From: Octopus sinensis
Taxonomy: Eukaryota
Length of the DNA: 64,000 bases
NCBI RefSeq assembly: GCF_006345805.1
Contig: NC_043009.1
Coordinates: forward strand, 24,428,001 to 24,492,000
Direction of reading: 5' to 3'
Part shown: in pieces, positions 37,437 to 50,774 of the stretch
Layout of the letters: every line of letters starts with the position of its first letter
How positions within the stretch are numbered: position 1 is the stretch's first letter
Position numbers and translations under genes: made by a program
Notes under the pieces: model-generated
The model's database searches: none
The model's input: only the letters and a program-made list of their open reading frames with translations
Told to the model about the DNA's origin: nothing

Positions 37437-38160
37437 TGCGTGTGTGTGTACGGGTTGCGTCATATCTCATCTATTCTGCATTGAAATTATCAACTTGAAA
37501 TAGTATAAGCCAATCAATGCGAAGTTATTTTACATATTGTTACATAATAAATACTTTACACTGAACCATAATGAGGTTATAATCCTCAATTAACAAAATA
37601 TAATATAAATATTTAATAATAAACAAATTCAAGGCGACTGACTCATTTGAATCCTATTTCTCTTAGTTCATTTTATATATTTGAAGCATGTAAGGCACTG
37701 TGCTTGCAGAATTGTTGTCGCGCCGGAGAAAATGATTGCGGCATTCATTTCCGTTACATTTTCTGAGCTCAAATATCTCCGAAGAGGCCTTAGGATAATT
37801 TTGTAAATGTCTCATTTATAACTACATATTGACCTACCATAAATGGCTAATATAAGTAAAATGAGACATACTTATCTACATGGCCGAAACAGCTGTAAGA
37901 TGTAGTCTATATTTATATTTATATGTACTTATATTTACATTCCCTTATACATATTCTACTTATTGTATAACATTACTCTTTTATGTACACTCCTTTATGT
38001 ACACTGTTTTGTTCTACATTATTATGTTTAACCTTATACTTTCTTATGTGGTGGTTTAATAAAGTATGTGATTGAGTATTATCTGGTAATTGATATTTGA
38101 TTTCGATGTATTTCTCCATTTTCTTATTTTGTATATATATATATATATATATATATATAC

Positions 38161-38553
38161 TGTTTTTACTTGTTTCAGTCATTTGACTGTGGCCATGCTG
38201 GAGCACCGCCTTTAGTCGAGCAAATCGATCCCAGGACTTATTCTTTGTAAGCCTAGTACTTATTCTATCGGGATATTTTGCCGAACCGCTAAGTGACGGG
38301 GACGTAAACACACCAGCATCGGTTGTCAAGCGATGTTGGGAAAACAAACACAGACACACAAACACACACACATACATATATATACATATATACGACGGGC
38401 TTCTTTCAGTTTCCGTCTACCAAATCCACTCACAAGGCTTTGGTCGGCCCGAGGCTATAGTAGAAGACAATTACCCAAGATGCCACGCAGTGGGACTGAA
38501 CCCAGAACCATGTGGTTCGTAAGCAAGCTACTTACCACACAGCCACTCCTACG

Positions 38554-38556
<3 letters not shown>
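38161..38556 (-). mobile_element. SINE family A, full length
   Basis: Complete reverse complement ending ctcctacgcct. Confidence 0.9.
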
Positions 38557-38601
<45 letters not shown>

Positions 38602-38989
38602 TATATATATGTGCACACACATACACACATACACACACACAAAAAGAAGGAAATATGTAATCGGTTAGTGATATCACACATTAATTACTCTTTTTTTTAG
38701 TCTTTACTGATTAACTGCTGTTTGTTACGTGATTAGATAAAAGTTAGCATACAGTACAAGAAGTAACTATTTATTGTGATATTGTTTGACTGCTGGTGTC
38801 TCGATGAACGGTCTACAGTGAATATCAAGACATTATAGAACGATGAAAAGAAATGGTAATAGTTTTGCAGAAATGCTGAAATTAGATCGCAGGAAGAAAT
38901 TGAATGATGAAGTTTAAAAAATGACTTCAGAAACCAAACGTAAAATCATTTGCGAAAAGCTGAGGCAAAAACATTGACAAGAACAGGTA

Positions 38990-39053
38990 CTGGAAGAAGA
39001 AGAAGAAGAAGAAGAAGAAGAAGAAGAAGAAGAAGAAGAAGAAGAAGAAGAAG

Positions 39054-39089
<36 letters not shown>

Positions 39090-39090
39090 C
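38990..39090 (+). repeat. (AAG)n(AAC)n tract
   Basis: Directly visible. Confidence 0.95.
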
Positions 39091-39234
39091 GCAGTAACTG
39101 CAGCAGCAACAGGAACAACGATAAGAAGAAATAAATGAAAATAAATTGAGATACTGGAAACACATAAAACAATATATATAATTCCATCTAGAGTTGAATA
39201 TTTTTGTTGATACTGAAGACGTTTATATATATAT

Positions 39235-39267
<33 letters not shown>

Positions 39268-39894
39268 TATAATATATATATATATATATATAGACTGTGA
39301 ATGTGTATCATATATACATATACATTTATGATAGATACTAATACAGATGTATATGTATAAATACATAATATATACATACATACTTATATGTGTGTATGTA
39401 TGTATATGCATAATGTGATGTTCCTTTGTATGTCAGTGTATGTGTGTTTGTGCATTGTCAAGTAAAAGATAGTTTAATGTCGTCTTGAACATATGTGACC
39501 TTCAGGGTTAATATTGATCTAATGGAGGAAAATATTATACTCCAAATCATTAAGGGAGACGTTGATAGTAAAAGCCTGCAGCAAATTTGATAGATAACCT
39601 CTATCTTCCTGATATAGAGATGGAAATAAAAATAAATTAAATAAAGAAATATAAAACAAAGACAAATTGAGCTGGGATTAAGATGTGTCTTTTTTCCCAT
39701 TTCTTCTTTCTTTTTCTCTCATTTATTTGTTTGTTTATTTTTCGTAATATTGGGAATCAAGTTCATTCGGAAAAATAACATTTCAGAAACTAGAAATTCA
39801 GTTCTCCTTCTCTAAATGTCTCAAATCAGTTATATTCTTAGTTATATTCTGAAAGCCCTGTAACAAGAACCGTACGTCAATATGATAGCCGAAA

Positions 39895-40330
39895 GCTGGG
39901 CGGCAAGCTGGCAGAATGGTTAGCACACCGGGCAGAATGATTAGCGGCATCTCGTACTTCTTTACGTTCTGAAGTCAAATTCCACTGAGGGTCGTCTTTG
40001 TCTTTCATCCTTTCAGAGTTGAGCACTTAGATCCATGCAGCCGCCTTACCACCTACACTCGGCACGGTTTCCATTGTACCAAAATTTGAAACCGGCATGA
40101 TAGCCGGAAAAAAATGCGGCGAACTAACATAATCGTTACCACGCAGGGAGAAGGCGGTTAGCGGCGTTTAGCCCGACCTTACATTCTAAGTTCAAATTCC
40201 ATCATGGTCATCTTTGCCTTTCATCCTTTCGAAGTCGGTAAAACCAGTACCAGTTGAACACTGGTGTCCATGTGATCCACTTATGATTTCCCCCGAAATT
40301 GCTGGCCTTGTACCAAAATTTAAAACCGAT
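39895..40330 (+). mobile_element. Two degenerate SINE family B copies
   Basis: ggcggcaagctggcagaatggttagc and ttcaaattcc...tttgcctttcatcctttcg. Confidence 0.7.
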
Positions 40331-40979
40331 ATGATAGCCAAAAGTACGAAACAAATCTCCGTGGTTTCGAGTTCACTACTACTAAATACCACCTTGGGCC
40401 AGTGTCTTCTAATATACTACTCAATCAACGAATGTCTTATGGCTGAATTTGGTTGACGGAAATTGTTTGGAAATCCGTCGTATTTTATTATAAATTGAAT
40501 AATTTACGCCAAACTTGTTTATTCTGATTTGAACGGGCAAAGGGACGTAACACTTAATTTGCTGTTTTCTTGTTCTTGTATTTATTCTTTCCCATTCCCA
40601 GTTTTGCTTTTACTTACCTCTCGTCCTTTCTCGCGTTTTCTCGAAGACCAACGTCTTATGTCTTTTTTGTGTTGTAATTTTTTGTCTGTTTTTGCTGAAG
40701 AATATCGTGTTATCTCTTTTAATTTGGTTTTCCTCATCTTGTATATTTGAATCTGAAAGGCATTCTGCACGTGCTTATCAGTTTATTGTATTTTTCACAA
40801 AAGGAAACTAATTGTCGCTCGAATTTAAATACTATGGATGTAAGGTAATAAGTTCGCTTCTCAACCACATGTTTCCCCCTTCAGTTCCACTGCGTAGCAT
40901 CTGGGCCGTCTTCTTTAAACTCGTGTCAGCCGAAGCTTTCTGAGTGAATTTAGTAGAAAGAAGCTGGAAGTTAGTCATG

Positions 40980-41031
<52 letters not shown>

Positions 41032-41092
41032 TAGATAGATAGATAGATAGATAGAAAGATGATAGGCAGATGATATAAATATATATATATAT

Positions 41093-41322
41093 TAAGGCGG
41101 CAAGCTGGCAGAAACGTTAGCAAGCCGGACGAAATGCTTAGCAGTATTTCGTCTGCCGTTACATTCTGAGTTCAAATTCCGCCGAGGTCGACTTTGCCTT
41201 TCATCATTTCGGGGTCGATTAGATAAGTACCAGTTACGCACTGGGGTCGATATAATCGATTTAATCTGTTTGTGTGTCCTTGTTTGTCACTTCTGTGTTT
41301 AGCCCGTTGTGGGTAGTAAAGA
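41093..41322 (+). mobile_element. SINE family B, young full monomer
   Basis: taaggcggcaagctggcagaaacgttagc...gtgggtagtaaagaaat. Confidence 0.9.
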
Positions 41323-41332
41323 AATATATATA

Positions 41333-41646
41333 ATATTAGGGAGTATAACTCCAAACTTACAAAGAAAAATTCAATTTAGTATCAAATCGAATTTCACAAT
41401 ATAATATATAAAATATAAATTAGAGATAAAACCACTATTATGCAATTCAAACAATGATAGACATAAACCAAAACATAAAACGTACGTAGTTTTTTTTACT
41501 TATTATATATTGATTATTCATTTTTATCCTTTTTGAGATTTAGTTATATATTTTATACAAAATATATTTTAATTGTTATTTATGTTTTGGTTTATGTCTG
41601 TCATTGTTTGAATTGCGTAATAGTGGGTTTATCTCTAATTTATATT
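41333..41646. mobile_element. Penelope-like or unclassified repeat with an inverted terminal duplication
   Basis: About 41413-41479 is inverted at about 41579-41644. The same family occurs at about 46830-46905 and 47906-47960. Confidence 0.55.
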
Positions 41647-41647
41647 T

Positions 41648-41690
<43 letters not shown>

Positions 41691-42472
41691 GCAGACAGAC
41701 AAAAAGATGTATCAACGTAAGTGTGCCTTTGTGTTTGTCTCTCACAATCGCTTGATAAGCGATAGAGTAAGTCCCAGACTTTAAGAATATAAATACCGGG
41801 TCGATTTATTTGACTAAAATCCTTCAAGGTGCTGTCCCAGAATGACTGCAATTCAATGTATTAAATTTGGTATTTATTCCATAAATATCTTTGGCCGAAC
41901 CGCTAAGGTATGGAAACGTAAAGAAACCACTACCTGTTGTCAAACTTTGTTGGGTAAAGAGACACACACACATATACCTGCAATATATATGAGTGGTTTC
42001 CTCACACTTTCTACCAGGCAAATTCAATCAGAAGTTAGTGATCGGTCTGGGTGTATAGTAAAAGATACTTACCCATTGTGCCGCGCTTTTGGGCTGAACC
42101 TTGAAGCCAAGTGGTTGCAAAACGAATTTATTACCTCACAGCTTGACCTGTTTTTTATCTCATCAAACCCAAAAAGAATTAATGGTAAATTGACCTGGAT
42201 GGGATTTGAACACGGAAACTGAAAACTTGTAACTAAATTTGGTAATTTATTTAGTTCAACGTATTGAAGATTCCACCAAGTCATTGCTCTTTCAAAAAAA
42301 AGATAAGGGATCTTTTTGTTTTTTTGTACTAACCCATTAGCGCCCATTGGTTCATTTTTTAGGACCAGAAGTATAATCCATCTATTTCTGCAACACCTGT
42401 ATTTTTCTGAGATATCTTTAGTTAGTCATCAAGACTGGAGTGTCTTTCAAACATTGTAATAATTATATTTTG

Positions 42473-42827
42473 TGTAGTAAAGATTGTTTGCCAACATAAC
42501 ATGGCAGTCCTAGTTTAGGACGAATGTTGTTGAAATTTAGACCCCGGAGACATCGTTTCAAGCTGGCTATACGGCACGATCTGTGTACTTTATATTTTCG
42601 AACAAGAGAAGCTAGCACCTCCACTCAGCTCAAGACAATAACTGAGTATCACGATTTCCGGGTTATTTCATCGGGGTCGGGGGTGCTAGTTTCCTTTGTT
42701 CGAAAATATAAGGACACAGATCGTGTCGTATAGCCAGCTGGAGACGATGTCTCCTGGGGCTAAATTACAGCATCATTCGTCCTAAACCAGGACTGCCATG
42801 TTATGGTGGTAAAAAATCTTTACTACA
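42473..42827. mobile_element. MITE with about 150-bp TIRs
   Basis: tgtagtaaagat...cataacatggcagtcctagtttaggacgaatg...gctagcacc versus ggtgctag...cattcgtcctaaaccaggactgccatgttatg...atctttactaca. Confidence 0.85.
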
Positions 42828-43393
42828 ATGTACTGTTGCTGAATAGCTCACGTTGTGCGATTTAAAAATAATTTTCTAATTTTTTTTTATAAATTTAGTA
42901 TCAGATAAAGATGTATTAAAAATATTTTAAACTAAATGAAAAAGAAAAAAACTTGGGCATTAATAGGTTAACTTATTTATTATTTTTCACGTTCTTCATG
43001 AATCACACATCCGCTGGAGAGATGAAAGTTTTCAGCCTAAAAGCGTAAGAAATGTTTTACAGGATAAAATCAGGGCATTTACAACGCTCTCCAGTTTGCA
43101 TTAGATAAACATCTCAAACGCTGATGAAATCACCGCTGTCATACTATTTGTTATTGCCTAATATATGGCAATTATATCTTCCGCATTCTGCGTATATGGC
43201 AATAGTATCTTACGCATTTTGGGTGAGCAGCACGCTGTTTTTCAGTCCTTGCTTATGTGAAACATCAATGTTCGAAGTCTTTCAATAAGAATAATACTCG
43301 ACTCAGCGTTGGTCAAATTCACTCGCCTACATATTCTAAATGTTATAATTATATCACAGCCTATATATATATATATATATATATATATCTATA

Positions 43394-43458
<65 letters not shown>

Positions 43459-43528
43459 GTACCTTGATCAAGTTACAAGCTTAAATCTTGTAAATTAAAT
43501 CCCAGTATGTATATTCTGTTCACTACAC

Positions 43529-43566
<38 letters not shown>

Positions 43567-45104
43567 TGTGTGTGGTGTGTGTGTGTGTGTGTGTGCATGG
43601 GTGGATGAAGGGATACATATACATTCGTGTACTCTATCAATCATCTTTACATAGGTACTCAGGATATTAAATTGTCTCTTGATATATGCTTGTATATATA
43701 TGGAGGGAACGAAAATATATTTTGGAGGAATACAACTAGGTATTTGGTGAAATACATTGACGACATAACCAAGAAAAGTTTTGAAGACGATCAAGACCCT
43801 GTTGATAAAATATGCCGAACAAACAATGGATAGAACCCTGTTATAATTCAGACGATGAACGATTGTAACGCGATGGCACGAATCACAATAAATATCGAAA
43901 CGTACATTATAACAATGAGAGGAAGCATACTTTGTTTAGAATACTGATGAATGTGTTGTTGTTGTCGTTGTTGCTGCTGTTCTTGTCATTCTTGTTGTTG
44001 CTAAAACCCCAGGGCTTTTATCAAACGTACTACAGGATTCTCCAGGAATCTATTGATTGACCGAGCCACCATGTTCAAAATAATTACGGCTATAGGCTAA
44101 CGAAATTTACTGATCATTATTAGCATCAAAGCTTAACCATTATCGTTGATGTGTTGTATATATCCTACAGAACGACACCTCTACTGCTTCTACTTCCACT
44201 CCCCCCTCGAATTTTCCTCCAGGTTTTAACCAGCCATGCATGATAGTATAGAACGAACACGTTGATGAGTATTGACAAACTCACTAAAGATAGTTACACT
44301 AACGAGCGCTACATAACAGCCTTAGGACGGCATCTCTTTAGCCTCCAACAGCGCACTGCAATTGTATTTTACAGTATTTCTGCTCGAATTTTTGCTTCTA
44401 GAGCTAAACTAATCTTTATAAGAAACTCAATTACCGCGACAATGTTTCGGTGATGTGTATTACAGTATATGGCGAAGTACTAAATGCTAATCGATTCTAA
44501 TGCTTAATCAAGAATTCCAGCGATATTGATCAATAACGATATCAATTCATACCATGGCGTAATGAACTTTAGAGTTGAAATGTGAACGATAATATAGAGA
44601 AATATCGCAATCTGGTTTCCAAAAGGTTATCACATACATCATTACGGAACATAAGCCTTTAAATAATGCATTACACAATAAAGTCTTCGAATGCACTAAA
44701 ATATAATATATACCTGTATGAAATATTTAAAGAATTTCAGTCTATTATTATATATATTTTTTCTTTGGCGCGCGGGGTGGGATACACCAGATCGTTTCCT
44801 TATTCACGGCAGAACCCAATATTTTCTAAATGTCACAGAGTAACACTTTTCATGAAGCTGAACATTTATATAATGGGGAAAAAAGGCAAACAAAACAACA
44901 TGACATTATCAGAAGACATCTGTTACATATAACCAATCCATATACCTGTTAAACCGACCATCAAACCACGAATATGTGCAGAGGTGGCGACGTGGAGGGA
45001 GGGCTACGGTCTATGTATTCGTTTGGTGTATTTGCAGTATATTACTGGTTTTATTTTATTGTCCCAGGTTGAAATATTGGCAAAGAAAAACAAGCATCCT
45101 CTTC

Positions 45105-45125
45105 TTCTTCTTCTTCTTCTTCTTC

Positions 45126-45195
<70 letters not shown>

Positions 45196-45224
45196 TCTCT
45201 TTTCTTTCTTTCTCTTCTTCTTCT

Positions 45225-45284
<60 letters not shown>

Positions 45285-45610
45285 GACTACTTCCCATTCT
45301 CTTCTAACCCGTTCTCCTCTTCTTCCTCATCTGCTTAGTCTCTCTGATGTCATGAATAGTATTGTTTATTCTTCGTCATCCTATTATTTGGTATTTCCCT
45401 CTCTTTTCTCTGCAAATTTTCTTCATCATCTCTATTTCAATTTTCTTCTCCACCTCCATCACTTCTTTCCGCCCTATCTTCTTACTTTGTTCTTGTTGCA
45501 GTTGTAGTCCTTCTTCTTCTTCTTCTTCTTCTTCTTCTTCTTCTTCTTCTTCTTCTTCTTCTTCTTCTTCTTCTTCTTCTTCTTCTTCTTCTTCTTCTTC
45601 TTCTTCTTCT
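45105..45610 (+). repeat. (CTT)n, (ATT)n, (CTA)n and long (CTT)n tracts
   Basis: Directly visible at 45105-45290 and 45510-45610. Confidence 0.95.
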
Positions 45611-46221
45611 CTTTTTCCTTCGCGTCCTCTCCTTTCATTTTATTTTCATCATGAATACGATCGTGTCGCTCCTACACCCTGCATTTTGCTTTGTCTCTAT
45701 CAATTCTTGTTTCTCCATTTCCATGTTGAAAAGTTTCACTTTCTAGCAACAATATATCTCCTCTCCTACTCGCTCACTCCCATTATCTCTCTGTTTCTCC
45801 TTCTATTTCTCTATCTTTTACTCTCTTTCTCTCCAATATATATGAGTTGACATTTTTTTTCCAATATGATCTAATTGAATTTCCAGATAATGAGATTATA
45901 ACTAATCCACATTAATTCAGTTCAGATTAAATACAAGTACCGGCGTTATAAAAAAAACTGTAAAATCTGTCAAAATTTTAACAGCTTTAAGTCTTTGATT
46001 GATGGACGTTTTGCAGTAGATTTAAAAGCTAGTGAGGGAAAGATTGCAGCCAGATTTCAACGGAGATTCCTCACATATATTATACAATAAGGCACGCGTA
46101 TAATACTTGCATGCATTAATATACGTAAGTGTTTATGTATATATATCTTTGTTTTTTATATAAATATTTGCCGACAGACAGAATCAACACACATATGCGT
46201 TTGTATCTAAAATGTATAGAT

Positions 46222-46285
<64 letters not shown>

Positions 46286-46287
<2 letters not shown>

Positions 46288-46750
46288 GGCAAGCGTGACC
46301 AGATTGGAAATAAGGTTGCTTCCTAAGGAAATCGTTCCGGATTCAGTCCTACTGCGTGGCACCTTGGTCAAGTGACTTCTCCTGCGACCTATGGCTTCTG
46401 AGTGGATTTGATAGATGGAAACTGAAAGAAGCCCGTGGTATGTAAGACAAACACACGCGCATATATCTGTGTGTGTCAGTGTGTGTGTGCGCGCACGCCC
46501 GTGTGTGTGTGTGTGTGTGTGTATGTGCACGAATGGTGCTGTGTGAGCGTGTGAGCGCATATGTGTCTACTTCTGTGTGTGTGTGTTCACCCATTTGCTT
46601 GACAGCCGGTGTTAATGAGATTGCGCCCCCAGAACAGAATAAGCATCAGGTATAAAACAATAAGTACCGTTGTCGATTCGTTCGACTAGAATTATTCTAG
46701 GAGTGCCCCAGCACGACCGCCGTCTAATGAAACATTAAAAAATAAGAGAC
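46286..46750 (+). mobile_element. Diverged SINE family A
   Basis: ttcagtcctactgcgtggcaccttgg...ggaaactgaaagaagcccgt, a TG tract and a degenerate tail. Confidence 0.75.
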
Positions 46751-46913
46751 GAATCATTACAAAATCTGGAAAAATACTACAACATATATATATCGTGACG
46801 CATATTTGCCATATATATATATATATATGATATTAGGGAGTATAACTCCAAACTCACAGGGAAAAATTCAATTTAGTATTAAACAAATTTTCACAATATG
46901 AATATATAATATA

Positions 46914-47905
46914 CCAGCAGTATCACCCGGTGTTGCTTGGGTTTGTTTCGACCCTTTACAATTGGAATTTTTGAAAAGTAAAAATTTTGCATTATATAAC
47001 TTGTTATTCTCTTTCAAGTGAACATTTTTCCAGTTGAAATACACCGAAAAATGGTGACGCAGGAGTCAAAAATCGTTAAAAATAAGGATTTTCATAGAAA
47101 AAAAGCAATTTTTTTTATGTAAATAATTTTTGGTGTTTAACATGGTCCGATTTGAATTTTATCTTCCTCAGAATGAAGAGCAAGCCTTCTTCTATCATAC
47201 TCTCAATTTTGTTCAACTTGCGCTGCAGTGTCTCGAAGGAGATAGTGTTAGTTGAAGGCTACCAAACCTGCCACACACAGACAACTTCAGCCTTATATAT
47301 ATAGATTTGCTACACACTACTTTCCATCCTTAATAATGAAACTAGGTAGATCCAAAAGTTAAACACACAGACACACACACAGATACACACACAGACACAC
47401 AAGTTGAGTTTTATATATAGAGATTTCTCAACGGGGATTTCAGGGGAGAGTTTCAGGGAGTCGCTGGCGATGTATCGCGGTGATCAAAAATCCGGCCTGC
47501 TAAAATTTGGTTAAAGTGATTCAAACTGCAGACTCAACGCAAAATGGTCACATTTAATTCAGAGCGTTAAAGATGTTATGAAAACAATTAGTATGTGTTC
47601 ACAAAGTCCAAACGATTAATACGAAAAAACCCTCCATGTTACATCTCGAAAATTCATTTCTTTGCCGAATTTCTACAATGTTTACGGCGATTCGTTTTTA
47701 TATCTTGACTTTTTATTTTTCATGCAATTTACGCATGCTTGCACGCGTGGTGAACACAGTTCACGTCAAACAGCTGACTGAGTAAAGCTCACTATTCAAT
47801 GCATGGGATAAGGCCTAAAAAACACATTATCGATTTTTGCACTTGCGAGATGAATTTCGGAACAGAAATAGCGCAGTTCAAAAGTTGAGTTTTATATATA
47901 TAGAT
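46914..47905 (-). mobile_element. Compound non-autonomous Helitron-type elements
   Basis: One 3' end (minus strand agcaacaccgggtgatactgCTGG|T) and three A|TC-type 5' ends at about 47305, 47423 and 47904. Confidence 0.55.
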
Positions 47906-48021
47906 ATAAATTAGAGAAAAACCTCTATTATGTAATTCAAACAATGATAAGCTTCAATCATACCATATAGAAAAAATAAAATATATGACAAAACATTTAT
48001 CTAGATCACGAAAAGTATATA

Positions 48022-48251
48022 TATTAAGTTGGTGCATAATTATTGTAGCTTTTTTTTCAACAAATTTTATTCAACAAAAACACTAACAATATTTAACTAA
48101 ACATCTTTAAATGACGGTCTGACCGTCTGCCAAGCAAATGGGAAGCAGTAATTGAAGTAGATGGTGAATATCTTCTAGCATGATCATTTAAAGATGTTTT
48201 TGTTACATGTTGCTATTGTTTTTGTTGAATAAAACTTGTTGAAAAAACCCG
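48022..48251 (+). mobile_element. Mariner MITE, right TIR truncated
   Basis: Left TIR tattaagttggtgcataattattg, internal inverted caacaaattttattcaacaaaaac, and DRLPSKWEAVIEVDGEY resembling a transposase C-terminus. Confidence 0.75.
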
Positions 48252-48252
48252 T

Positions 48253-48395
48253 ACGATTAACAGTGCAAGATACAGTGTTTACTGGATAACAAACTGAAGC
48301 CAGCAATTAGCACCAAACGCAGAGGCCTAATGTTGAAGAGAGTTTTTTTTTTGCTGCATGAAAATGTACGCCCACACACTGCAGCCCAGACCGTT
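48253..48395 (+). pseudogene. Mariner transposase fragment around the second catalytic D
   Basis: With 2 frameshifts it reads TINSARYSV-LLDNKLKPAISTKRRGLMLKRVF-LLHENVRPHTAAQT, close to the mariner LLHDNARPH motif. Confidence 0.8.
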
Positions 48396-48748
48396 GGGAG
48401 CATTAACTAATAGTGCTAAAAGCCTCCGATGAATTTCAGCAGGTGACACACATTCTGACTAGAGAAATCGGATCACTGCAATTTGTATTGCTTTGATGCA
48501 TATTGCTAGTGGAGCGGCCACGCTTACATTTTAAAGCTTGAATGAAAAACGGCGTGATGAGGCTCAACCTTCGATTACGTGACTACAATAGTACCAACTA
48601 TAAGCACATATGCGCAGAAGGCAGTGTGACAATAATAAAGATATGTTATGCCAAAAGTGCGGTTAATTCTGTCTTCCCATCGTGTATATATATATGCTTA
48701 TACAAATTAATAAGTATATATATAAATAACATATATATATATATACAA

Positions 48749-48808
<60 letters not shown>

Positions 48809-48827
48809 TATATATATATATATATAT

Positions 48828-49915
48828 ATCACTTGATCACTTTGACCGACATTTCTGGTAGACTTAAAGAGCTTGTTGTAGAAGTCTTCACAAACTTTTT
48901 CCATCTCGCTCTTCTCGTTGACCGGTATTCCATCTGTATTTTTCAGGGCCGTCACCTCCGATCTATATAGTACCGATCGATATGACACCGCTGGTCACAG
49001 AACGCAATCCACTCCTCTCTGGATCGCGCCTTTCTCATCCACATGATCCCAATCGTCCTCCTGAAATCGTCACTCTGGGTACCACTCGACAACTGCGTGC
49101 GTCCACCGATTATCGGTGAACCGAGCGACGTGTCCAGCCCATCTATACTTGCTGCGTGTATACTCTGCGATGACATCTCTCACGCCGGACTTCTTTCTGA
49201 TGATCTTGCTACTTATGTGCTCTCTCAACGAGATACCAAGCATTGACCTTTCCATGGCTCTTTGAGCCGTTACCAGTCTTTGCTCTTCTCTCTTTGTGGT
49301 AGCCCATGTTTCACTACCATATAACATTGCAGGCAGAACTGCACTGTTAATGAAGTTGGCGCGGGTGGTCCTGTCCAACCTTCCCTTGAGCACATCCCTT
49401 ATGCCATTGAACGCCTTCCATCCGGCCCTTACTCTCCGTGAGATCTCCTTTTTGATATCCCGGCACATATTTACTTCCTGTCCCAGGTAGACATATTCTC
49501 TCACCCCTCTATTTCATCACTGCCGATCACCATTCGACCTGTTGGTACGTTGTCTGACCGCATGAACTTTGATTTCATGCGGTTCATCTTGAGACCTACT
49601 GCAGAACTTTTGATGTCGAGCTCCGTCAGCATGGTCTGAAGCTGATCCATGTATTCAGCGATGAGTACGATGTCGTCAGCGAAACGGAGGTGAGTGAGGA
49701 GCTCGGCATTGATGTTGACACCACCTTGCCATTCGATGTCTCTGATGATCTGTTCGAGACATGCAGTGAAAAGTTTTGGGAGATTTGTATCTCCTTGCTT
49801 CACTCCCTTCTCGACCGGCACTCGTATGGGTGATGACAGTAGAGCTATGTCGGTGGTGCATCCAGAATTTGCCTCTCTGAGCAGCTGCACATATTGTGCT
49901 TCGATTCCTTGCCTC
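48828..49915 (-). mobile_element. RTE-clade LINE, frameshifted RT and C-terminus, cut by a gap
   Basis: KGVKQGD, HLRFADDIVL, YVYLGQ, VLPAMLYGSETW and WAGHVAR motifs; it ends gtgatcaagtgat then (AT)n. Confidence 0.93.
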
Positions 49916-50015
49916 NNNNNNNNNNNNNNNNNNNNNNNNNNNNNNNNNNNNNNNNNNNNNNNNNNNNNNNNNNNNNNNNNNNNNNNNNNNNNNNNNNNNN
50001 NNNNNNNNNNNNNNN
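49916..50015. other. Assembly gap (100 N)
   Basis: Run of N; the true size is unknown. Confidence 0.99.
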
Positions 50016-50279
50016 TGTTGTGTGTGTGTGTGTGTGTATGTGTGTGTAGGTCTAGGTAGGTGTGTGTCATATATAATATATATGGCTGTGCGATGCCCAA
50101 GCATTGCTGCTGTCAAACAATTGAAACAAGTAAAAGTATTATATATTATATATATATATATAATATATTTATATATATATATATATATACATATATACAT
50201 ATATGAAGCTATGTGTGTACATATATATACCACACCGAGTAAGAGTGCGGTAGAGAGTTATAGCTTGACAGGAATATAA

Positions 50280-50319
<40 letters not shown>

Positions 50320-50560
50320 AACGTCTTTTTGCAACACTTCGGACTGATGCATGATTATATTTTGACATTTCTTCTGTCGTTTCGTTCATCGTCAAATCGT
50401 AAAGAATTTAACTTTGTTACATCTTTACTCAAGATACATCTTACGTAACTTGAAGTTAGATGTTGCCCATAGAAATGTTTTACGACAAATGGTATCAGGG
50501 GTTTAATCAAATATATTATAAAAAGCAACGATTAATCTGAAAAATAACTTGATACGAGAA

Positions 50561-50690
50561 TTCCACTCACAAGGCTTTGGTCGGCCCGAGGCTATAGTAG
50601 ATGATACTTGCCCAAGTTGCCACGCAGTGGAACTGAACCCGAACTATGTGGTTGGTAAGATATCTACTCACCGCATAGCCACTCCTGCGC
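50561..50690 (-). mobile_element. SINE family A 5' fragment
   Basis: ccactcacaaggctttggtcggcccgaggctatagtag...gccactcctgcgc. Confidence 0.75.
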
Positions 50691-50774
50691 AGAATTCGCA
50701 TCTATTAATTTTGTATAATTATATTTTGTAGCATTTTGTTATTGAAAATAAATCATTATAATGATATAATTATT

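Noticed and set aside
43700-43835. LVKYIDDIT resembling an RT YxDD motif
   Set aside because: No other RT motifs lie in frame or nearby.
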